Shown here one piece after another: positions 53,731 through 64,000 of a stretch of 64,000 bases of DNA (positions within the stretch are counted from its first letter, which is position 1; every line of letters begins with the position of its first letter). This stretch comes from Paraspadella gotoi (Eukaryota; Animalia; Chaetognatha). The notes beneath the pieces were generated by a model that saw nothing but the letters and a program-made list of their open reading frames with translations, made no database searches and was not told where the DNA came from. The stretch lies in contig CM119270.1 of assembly GCA_051294375.1 (NCBI GenBank), forward strand, positions 7,705,817-7,769,816. The letters run 5' to 3'. A program made the position numbers and the translations under genes.

Positions 53731-55030
53731 TCTCTCGATAATAATAATATATGTACGTGGGAAGTAAAACTCTAGGAAAACAAAGTCTGTTCTTTCTTTT
53801 ATTTTTTTCTTCGTCACGAGCAAATCGCGATCTGAATAAACGAGTGAATAATGAATAAACAACCTGAATCAAGCGACGGAAAAAAAAAAACCAAATTCAT
53901 TGAAGCGAAACCATAAATCGGATCCGTTTCCTATTTCTTCTCTCGAGGGTCGCGATTTTAACCTTCGATTATAAGTTTATTTTATTTGTCTTCTAATGTT
54001 ATATAGTCAATAACATTAACATTTTCGATATTATCAAGTAAAATTATGCTAAACTTCTGCCCGACGAAGTTATTTGAGTTTTGTGTGTTATTTCAAAACC
54101 TCAAATTTTTTTTTCTCTTTTTTTTACTCATCCTTTTCTAAAAATATTTTATTACTCCACTTAAGCTTTCAACAAGTTTTCTACCTGTGCGACGTCCCTC
54201 TTCCGATTTTACTTCAGAAAAAGTAAAATATCAGTCGGGATTTCCACGATCTCTCCCTATTGATCCTTACTTTTTCTCGTTGCTTCATTGAATTTATTTT
54301 TTGTCATATTATTTTCGAATTCCGCTTAACTTCGTTTCATTTTTATCATTTCCCCCGATTTGCCCGTTTTCTCTTCCCCCCCCACGCCCCCCTTCTTTCC
54401 ATTCTCATTCCCCCACCTCTGACGAGTCCCGCGCGGGATTTGAGGGTGAGGTTCAGCGATGACTCGATCAAAGGTGAGTGAGAGAAGCTGGATTCCGGGT
54501 TCAGGTGCACTTCCGCCGATTTTCTTTTTTTTTTTTGCGCGGGCGTCGCGATATTTTTAAACCCGGATTACGAATCGAAGGAGATCAATTTCGTGACAAG
54601 GAGTTCTACTGTACATTCGTTGACGCTTTGCTTTTTCGTTTGATTGAAGTCAGAATGAGATAAATGGATACACACAATTATTATTTTTAATTGAAATAGT
54701 TTAACGGAAAAAAAATTTGTTTTGAAATATTTTCAAGTAAAACTTTCTTTATTTTTTAGAATAATCAGTTTTTAGACTTTTTAAATTAAATTTTGATGCT
54801 TTCGGTTCATCCTATTAATCTTGAAATAAGGTGCGAACCGATTCTTTCTGGATTGCCGATTCTGCCTCGGGCGACAATGGTTAAACTTAAAACTTGTTGC
54901 GCGATCATTGAAAAGAAAATAACTTGAATTTTAAAAAAAAATGAATATCATTGCCACAGTATTATTAAGGATCATTAAGTATTTTAAGAAGGAAAGAAGA
55001 TAATGATCACAGGAAATAACGAAACAAGAA

Positions 55031-55354
55031 AGTAGTATGTATATAAAAGGGGTTGAGGTCAATAATTCACGGGCAATTTCGCGGGAAATTTTCGCGGCAA
55101 AATTTGCGACCGCCACTCTGATACTCATCTCCCATTCATAAACGCATAAACGCATAAAATTTATTAATAAGTCTGACAGTAGTTGTAAAATGAAACCAGA
55201 AAAGTAACCAAGACAATTTCTAGAAGGCAAAATATGAAAAAAATAAAAGCGTTCGAGCGTGAAATGACCCATTGTCGCAAATTTTGCCCGCGAAAATGAC
55301 CCGTGAATTTTGCCCGTGAATTATTGACCCCAAAGCCCCTTTTTATATACTACT
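55031..55354. mobile_element. MITE-like element with ~80-bp terminal inverted repeats
   Basis: AGTAGTATGTATATAAAAGGGG..GGTCAATAATTCACGGGCAA..AAAATTTGCGAC at the left end is mirrored by GTCGCAAATTTTGCCCG..TTGCCCGTGAATTATTGACC..CCCCTTTTTATATACTACT at the right. Confidence 0.7.
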
Positions 55355-55844
55355 GACGAAATTAAGGTCTAGGATTCCTTGACAAAGAACAATATGAGAG
55401 AGACAAAGCAAGAGAGAACACATCAATGACTTATCCAAACTCGCCCGTAACTTTTTTTCAACTTACCCATAACGACGTCCCAAAAGTCATCCAAAAATTG
55501 TTCGTTTAATTTTTTTTTGTTCGTTTGTTTTGTTTCGTTTGTTTCTTTCCTGGTTTTTGTTTCTTTCTTTTCGCCGATCGATTTCTCTCCGCGGTCTCTA
55601 TCCTGTAAGTGAAAAAAAAAAAAAACTGCAGCTGAGATTCGTACTACTACAGTAAATTTATGGCTAATTAATTGTAAACTTCATTGTTGAACTCGGAGCC
55701 GAGGCAGACGTAAATTAAGCCGAAAGCGAAGTTCGAACAAAAGACTAGGATCCGGATTTCGAATTTCAAATACGGAAAACTTTACTGAAAATTAAAGTAT
55801 GAGAACAAAATTAAATTTGAAAATAGTTAGTTTTGCGTTTTTTC

Positions 55845-55925
55845 TCATCATTCATTCATTCATTCATTCATTCATTCATTCATTCATTCATTCATTCATT
55901 CATTCATTCATTCATTCATCTATTC
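55845..55925 (+). repeat. (TTCA)n microsatellite
   Basis: Perfect tetranucleotide run immediately intronic to the candidate GLIS 5' exon. Confidence 0.9.
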
Positions 55926-55941
55926 ATTGAATCTAACTTAC

Positions 55942-56334
55942 CATCATACTCACATCTCTGCGTCAAGCTGCGTCGGCGTCGTGTCCAAGATCCTGTCACC
56001 GCGCGGCGCTCCGATCGGGGACAACGACGCCGACGCCAAAAACCGGCGTCGGCCGATGGTGGCGCTTTTGCCGGGACGGCCGACACTGAACCAAGGGCAG
56101 AAAGGGACGCCGGACGGAAAAGGACGCCGTAAGCGGAATCGACGCCGGGTCGAGACCCGTCGCGCCGGTCGAAAAATAGTCGTCTGTAAAGAAGCGCCTG
56201 CTGAAGACGAGGGATTGAAAAGAGATGATTCGTCCGGAGCCGAAAGTTCCAGTTGGAATGTGGAGGATGAATCCGGAAAGAAGTCGGCATCGCCTCGACG
56301 CAACGATATCAGCGGCGATGCGTCGTGGTGGCAT
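55942..56334 (-). other. Candidate upstream (first coding or 5') exon of the GLIS gene, copy 1
   Basis: GC-rich coding-like block on the GLIS strand ending in tandem donors GTGAGT and GTAAGT. The duplicate copy (60118-60501) reads MPPRRSPLISLRRGDADFFPDSS...QLDAEM|GTGAGT. The two copies differ by single-base indels, so the frame is uncertain. Confidence 0.4.
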
Positions 56335-56835
56335 CTTCGCCGCCGCCTGGTCGTCGTCGTCGTCGTCGTCGTGGGACAAGTGCAGATGGTGCCGAATTTT
56401 TTTATACGATAAGAAGTGTGTTTTTTTTTTCGACCGACGCAATTGTATCTAAAGTAGGCGCGTTTTGTTTTGAAAACCGGGGCTCAGTTTTTTTTTTTAA
56501 ATTTCTTGGAAGCAATTTTTTTTTCTTTATTTGTTTTTATTTTTAATTCAGGACGTTTTTTTTTTTAATTGTTCTTGTCGCGCGAGAGAAATTCGAATCT
56601 CATTTTAATTTTGGTTTTTGAAAGGAAGAAGAGTTGGAGAAGAAAAGATAAGAGGGAGAGAAAAGGGGGGGGGGGAAACTGAGAGGGGAAAATAAATAAA
56701 AGGGGAGGGGGAAAGATTTAGAGATGGGTCGGGAAAAATATCATATCTGTACGAAAAGATTCAAGTGTATTAGTGATAAAAAAGTAAGTTCGAAATTCTT
56801 TTTTTTTCCAATTATGATCATAAAGTCACAATGAC

Positions 56836-56917
<82 letters not shown>

Positions 56918-57536
56918 TTGACTTAAAACTTTCCCCTCTCCCCTCGTTGTACAGACAATCAACTTTAATTAATCACGACAGGTTAAGCCAATTTTTTTTC
57001 TCAGCAAAAGAAAATGACATCAACTGTTTTTTTTTTACAGTTTTAGTTTTCATTGCCTCATTCTTTAAACAAAACAAAAGCCAGTTTTTTCTGCGTTATT
57101 TTTATTTTAAAACCCGACAAGAAAAGTTAGTAATTCAATTAATTAATCCTCATAAAACGTGCGTCGATTGTTCCAAGCAAAAAAAAAAGTTTATGTTACC
57201 GCTTTAAGAATTTTCATTCANNNNNNNNNNNNNNNNNNNNNNNNNTTGATTCAAGTGGACGCGACGATTTGCGATGACGTTTTTCGCGTTTTTTCGAATT
57301 TTGTGACACTTGGTCCTTTTTTTCCCATTCTGGCCCCTTTTAAAGTCTCAACCCGTCTCTCATTCTCGGCCATTTTCCTACTTCTTTTTCAGAGTGAGTC
57401 ATGGTTTTTTGTGTGAGAAAGAAATTTGGGTAAAAATTATGGTGATTCGTTCATTGAAGGAACGTCAAGTCGTCACGTATTGTTAAAAAATGTATGGTTA
57501 ATGTAAAGCTTGTAACAACTTGACAGAAAATACGCC

Positions 57537-57634
<98 letters not shown>

Positions 57635-57789
57635 GCGCCAGTGTGTTTTCTTTAATCGAACAATAATCTAAATCTTCTCGGATTGTGTGTCTCTTTTTTT
57701 TCTTCATTCCCTCAATCAAGACTCAAAAAACCGCGTTCTTTGGACGGACCACCCAAGGAGGGAGAGAGCGATAGAAAAAAAAGGACGAG

Positions 57790-57845
<56 letters not shown>

Positions 57846-59187
57846 CTCTCTCTTCTCCCTCTCTCTCTCTCTCTGCTCTCTCTCTCTCGATAATAATAAT
57901 ATATGTACGTGGGAAGTAAAACTCTAGGAAAACAAAAGTCTGTTCTTTCTTTTATTTTTTTCTTCGTCACGAGCAAATCGCGATCTGAATAAACGAGTGA
58001 ATAATGAATAAACAACCTGAATCAAGCGACGGAAAAAAAAAACCAAATTCATTGAAGCGAAACCATAAATCGGATCCGTTTCCTATTTCTTCTCTCGAGG
58101 GTCGCGATTTTAACCTTCGATTATAAGTTTATTTTATTTGTCTTCTAATGTTATATAGTCAATAACATTAACATTTTCGATATTATCAAGTAAAATTATG
58201 CTAAACTTCTGCCCGACGAAGTTATTTGAGTTTTGTGTGTTATTTCAAACCTCAAATTTTTTTTTCTCTTTTTTTTACTCATCCTTTTCTAAAAATATTT
58301 TATTACTCCACTTAAGCTTTCAACAAGTTTTCTACCTGTGCGACGTCCCTCTTCCGATTTTACTTCAGAAAAAGTAAAATATCAGTCGGGATTTCCACGA
58401 TCTCTCCCTATTGATCCTTACTTTTTCTCGTTGCTTCATTGAATTTATTTTTTGGTCATATTATTTTCGAATTCCGCTTAACTTCGTTTCATTTTTATCA
58501 TTTCCCCCGATTTGCCCGTTTTCTCTTCCCCCCCCACGCCCCCCTTCTTTCCCATTCTCATTCCCCCACCCTCTGACGAGTCCCGCGCGGGATTTGAGGG
58601 TGAGGTTCAGCGATGACTCGATCAAAGGTGAGTTGAGAGAAGCTGGATTCCGGGTCAGGTGCACTTCGCCGATTTTCTTTTTTTTTTTGCGCGGGCGTCG
58701 CGATATTTTTTAAACCCGGATTACGAATCGAAGGAGATCAATTTCGTGACAAGGAAGTTCTACTGTACATTCGTTGACGCTTTGCTTTTTCGTTTTGATT
58801 GAAGTCAGAATGAGATAAATGGATACACACAATTATTATTTTTAATTGAAATAGTTTAACGGAAAAAAAATTTGTTTTGAAATATTTTCAAGTAAAACTT
58901 TCTTTTATTTTTAGAATAATCAGTTTTTAGACTTTTTAAATTAAATTTTTGATGCTTTCGGTTCATCCTATTAATCTTGAAATAAGGTGCGAACCGATTC
59001 TTTCTGGATTGCCGATTCTGCCTCGGGCGACAATGGCTTAAACTTAAAACTTGTTGCGCGATCATTGAAAAAGAAATAACTTGAATTTTAAAAAAAATGA
59101 ATATCATTGCCACAGTATTATTAAGGATCATTAAGTATTTTAAGAAGGAAAGAAGATAATGATCACAGGAAAATAACGAAACAAGAA

Positions 59188-59514
59188 AGTAGTATGTATA
59201 TAAAAGGGGTTTGAGGTCAATAATTCACGGGCAATTTTCGCGGGAAATTTTCGCGGGCAAAATTTGCGACCGCCACTCTGATACTCATCTCCCATTCATA
59301 AACGCATAAACGCATAAAATTTATTAATAAGTCTGACAGTAGTTGTAAAATGAAACCAGAAAAGTAACCAAGACAATTTCTAGAAGGCAAAATATGAAAA
59401 AAATAAAAGCGTTCGAGCGTGAAATGACCCATTGGTCGCAAATTTTGCCCGCGAAAATGACCCGTGAATTTTGCCCGTGAATTATTGACCCCAAAGCCCC
59501 TTTTATATACTACT
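59188..59514. mobile_element. Duplicate copy of the 55031-55354 MITE
   Basis: Same inverted termini, lying inside the 57246-61392 duplicated block. Confidence 0.6.
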
Positions 59515-60999
59515 GACGAAATTAAGGTCTAGGATTCCTTGACAAAGAACAATATGAGAGAGACAAAGCAAGAGAGAACACATCAATGACTTATCCAAAC
59601 TCGCCCGTAACTTTTTTTCAACTTACCCATAACGACGTCCCAAAAGTCATCCAAAAATTGTTCGTTTAATTTTTTTTGTTCGTTTGTTTTGTTTCGTTTG
59701 TTTTCTTTCCTGGTTTTGTTTCTTTCTTTTTCGCCGATCGAGTTCTCTCCGCGGTCTCTATCCTGTAAGTGAAAAAAAAAAAAAAACTGCAGCTGAGATT
59801 CGTACTACTACAGTAAATTTATGGCTAATTAATTGTAAACTTCATTGTTGAACTCGGAGCCGAGGCAGACGTAAATTAAGCCGAAAGCGAAGTTCGAACA
59901 AAAGACTAGGATCCGGATTTCGAATTTCAAATACGGAAAACTTTACTGAAAATTAAAGTATGAGAACAAAATTAAATTTGAAAATAGTTAGTTTTGCGTT
60001 TTTTCTCTCATTCATTCATTCATTCATTCATTCATTCATTCATTCATTCATTCATTCATTCATTCATTCATTCATTCATTCATCTATTCATTGAATCTAA
60101 CTTACCATCATACTCACCATCTCTGCGTCAAGCTGCGTCGGCGTCGTGTCCAAGATCCTGTCACCGCGCGGCGCTCCGATCGGGGACAACGACGCCGACG
60201 CCAAAAAACCGGCGTCGGCCGATGGTGGCGCTTTTGCCGGGACGGCCGACACTGAACCAAGGGCAGAAAGGGACGCCGGGACGGAAAAGGACGCCGTAAG
60301 CGGAATCGACGCCGGGTCGAGACCCGTCGCGCCGGTCGAAAAATAGTCGTCTGTAAAAGAAGCGCCTGCTGAAGACGAGGGATTGAAAAGAGATGATTCG
60401 TCCGGAGCCGGAAGTTCCAGTTGGAATGTGGAGGATGAATCCGGAAAGAAGTCGGCATCGCCTCGACGCAACGATATCAGCGGCGATCGTCGTGGTGGCA
60501 TCTTCGCCGCCGCCTCGTCGTCGTCGTCGTCGTCGTCGTGGACAAGTGCAGATGGTGCCGAATTTTTTTATACGATAAGAAGTGTGTTTTTTTTTTCGAC
60601 CGACGCAATTGTATCTAAAGTAGGCGCGTTTTGTTTTGAAAACCGGGGCTCAGTTTTTTTTTTAAATTTCTTGGAAGCAATTTTTTTTTTCTTTATTTGT
60701 TTTTATTTTTAATTCAGGACGTTTTTTTTTTTAATTGTTCTTGTCGCGCGAGAGAATTCGATCTCATTTTAATTTTGGTTTTTGAAAGGAAGAAGAGTTG
60801 GAGAAGAGAAAGATAAGAGGGAGAGAAAAGGGGGGGGGAAACTGAGAGGAAAATAAATAAAAGGGGAGGGGGAAAGATTTAGAGATGGGTCGGGAAAAAT
60901 ATCATATCTGTACGAAAAGATTCAAGTGTATTAGTGATAAAAAAGTAAGTTCGAAATTCTTTTTTTTCCAATTATGATCATAAAGTCACAATGACCGAA

Positions 61000-61083
<84 letters not shown>

Positions 61084-61622
61084 AGTTTTTGACTTAAACT
61101 TTCCCCTCTCCCCTCGTTGTACAGACAATCAACTTTAATTAATCACGACAGGTTAAGCCAATTTTTTTTCTCAGGCAAAAGAAAATGACATCAACTGTTT
61201 TTTTTTTACAGTTTTAGTTTTCATTGCCTCATTCTTTAAACAAAACAAAAGCCAGTTTTTTCTCGGTTATTTTTATTTTAAAACCCGACAAAGAAAGTTA
61301 GTAATTCAATTAATTAATCCTCATAAAACGTGCGTCGATTGTTCCAAGCAAAAAAAAAAGTTTATGTTACCGCCTTTAAGAATTTTCATTCAATCATTAG
61401 CAATGTTTATTGTCTAAATGAAGAAAATTTTTAATTTAATTAGTGAATTTTCGTGTTTCTGAATAGAAAAGCATGTAAAAAGGTTTTTGTTCGATAACAA
61501 TTTGACGGTTTTGAGATTACAATAAAGTCAATTTCATTGTAAAAAAGTGCGCGAAAAAAACACGAGTAAGATAGAGAACACGTAAAGTGGGAGAAAAAGA
61601 GTAACATGTAAAATTGAATAGT

Positions 61623-61676
<54 letters not shown>

Positions 61677-62767
61677 ATTCAATGCATAAAAGTAACTATG
61701 GTTCAAGTCGAAGTTGGTGAGGAATTCGAGGGGCGGCGCGAAAAAATGAGGGATGAATAAAGACGCAAAATAGAAACGAAGATCGAAATTCTTTATAAAA
61801 ATAAAAAAAAAACAAAAAAAAAACATGTCGGTTTGGTCAAAAGAATTTTAATTCATGACAAAGTGGATTTAAAACAAAGATAGAGTTTGTTAAAATAATT
61901 ATTTAAAAATGATAGCTTTGTTAAGACTTAAGACTTAAGATTGTAGGCGAGGCATTAAAGGTATGAAATAGTCACGTCATTAAAACGTACTTAATTTAAC
62001 CTCTTATGAAATGCCCGGCGTTAGAGTAAAAATATTTAGGTTTTTAGTATTCATACATGATTAAAAATTATTTTTAAATGTAATAATTTTTCCACTGTCG
62101 GTTCCGCGCGCCACTCCAGGGCAAGTTCCGACACTTCCACTCCCACTGAGATTCTTCGCGAAAAAACTTGAGGTGGGTCCATTTTTTGACTCATGGTAAG
62201 AAGAAAACGCCCCAAGCGAAATTGGGAAGGAAAAACCTCATAATAAACAAAAGATCAAAGAAGATGGAGATTCTGAACACCCGAGAAAAAAAAAAACTTG
62301 TAATGCATACTGTTGAACTGTGACGCTGTACGGGTTCAAAGAAGCCGTGATACGTGACTTATCTTATGTGAGTTTACATAAAAGGTGATGTGTGCTGGGG
62401 TTGTCAATGGCCAGAGTTTTGCAACATGGGAATATGTTTCATCACATATGGCATTTCACATCCTCATTCCCATCCACTAATTCCTCAGTTTCCCACTATG
62501 CATCTCTTCATATCCCTTCGCACCTCGCTTAATCCTATTGTATCCGGGGAGTGGTTACTTTCCAACCAAAGCTGTCGACTGGACGTTGCTTCCAGCAGCC
62601 TCGAAGTCGAAAAACTGACCCAACGACGAAACAAAAAAACGAAACAAAATAGCGTCGTCGTTTTCGTCGTCGTTGTTTCGCCTCAGCTGATGTTTTGTTG
62701 GACGAAAGAAGAATTTGTTTGACGCCGAAAACGAGATTCGTTCGTTTTGAGTGCAAATCGTGAATCA

Positions 62768-62838
<71 letters not shown>

Positions 62839-64000
62839 GTTGCATCCTCATCTACAAGATCTTCAGCCTTCAGAGTTTTGGGCGGTGGCTTCGATCCGTG
62901 GTGTTTTTTTCGGCCTCGAATCTATGGTGTTTTTAGTTTTCATTATTTTTTTTCTTTTTCTTTCTTTTTTAATGTTTTTCGTGTTTAACGTTTTTTTTTT
63001 ATTTTTGTCCATCTCGTTTCTTTTGTTTGTTCATTTCTTTAATGTATTTTGTTACCTTATGTTTTTTACCTTATCTCTTAAGATTTTTTTATCGAAAAAT
63101 TATGTCTGTCTTGACGTCAACTTTTGTGGTAATATTTTGTTGTGAGATTTGAAAAGGGAAGTTTAAATAGGACGACATTGTTCAAAATTTGTACCAAGAC
63201 CGACACACCGACTTTTAAAAATGAAGCTAAAAGATTTAAAGTTTACAGTCAACCAGACAAAAATTGTGTCTTGCTCATTTGTTTTTAAAGCTTTTTTTAA
63301 TCGAGAGAGTTCGCTGTGTTCGGTCAAAAAGCGTTGAGCTAAGTTTTTAACAAAAGACAAACGCGGTTTTCAAAATTTCCATCTTGTTTGCTCCGGTCAT
63401 CTTTTATTTTATATTTTTTCTTGATTTCTAAATTCTATGACTATGATTCTATTGAATCATTGGAATAACAATAATCTCAGGTTACAATAACATATTTTTC
63501 AAATTAGGTATTGTATCCGCTCGTATAAAGGATATAAATAACATAGAGGCACAGGTTTTTCCTTAAACAGTAATTCCTTAGTAATTAACTTTTCTTTATT
63601 TCGGGTTTGAAACCAACTAAAAGCGACGATTTGTAATAAGCGGAACATTTCGCAATCACCTTCTTTGTCATCATCCTTTTATATCTGGGATTCTAGTATA
63701 AAAAATAAGATTTAATTTCAAAAATTTGATAAGATTCGTTCTTTTAAAAATAAAACCGCAGTTTAATCATGACACTTTTTTCGCTTGATTCTGGATTTCA
63801 AAAATTCTCAATTTGATCGAAAATTGTTCGTTATCATTCGATTTACTAGTTTAATTTGATCCAAGAAATAGTACTATGGCACAGGTTTGAGTAAAATTGA
63901 ATGCTGAAGTTATTGAATTTCATAAGTAAACAATTTATCGCTCGCTTCAATATTTTAGTGTTCAAGGGCCTGTCACGTGATTTCTCATGACTCCACCCCT

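Larger units (their letters stand above)
53106..61392 (+). repeat. Near-identical 4.1-kb tandem duplication (53106-57220 / 57246-61392) separated by a 25-N gap
   Basis: Both copies start TTGATTCAAGTGGAC and end TTTTCATTCA. Differences are mostly homopolymer and microsatellite indels. Confidence 0.93.

Overview
This window is AT-rich, microsatellite-laden metazoan (invertebrate-like) draft genomic DNA, not prokaryotic. Most entries in the ORF track are artefacts of (AG)n, poly-purine and N runs. Reading splice sites by hand gives three spliced genes. (1) A GLIS1/3-type five-C2H2-zinc-finger transcription factor on the minus strand, with at least 12 phase-consistent coding exons from 50031 to 35969 and an unresolved 5' end. 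(2) A six-exon, ~285-aa gamma-glutamylcyclotransferase (GGCT)-fold gene on the plus strand (25645-32142), convergent with GLIS, whose substrate-binding loop and catalytic Glu are altered. (3) A two-exon, ~202-aa, probably secreted F5/8-type-C/galactose-binding-like gene nested antisense in intron 4 of the GGCT-like gene. There are also several MITE/foldback elements, a cluster of 7 CACGTG E-boxes upstream of the GGCT-like gene, and perfect GLI-consensus sites upstream of the GLIS exons. The first ~20 kb and the 53-61 kb region carry duplications next to N gaps (several exactly 25 N), which look like long-read gap-filling artefacts.
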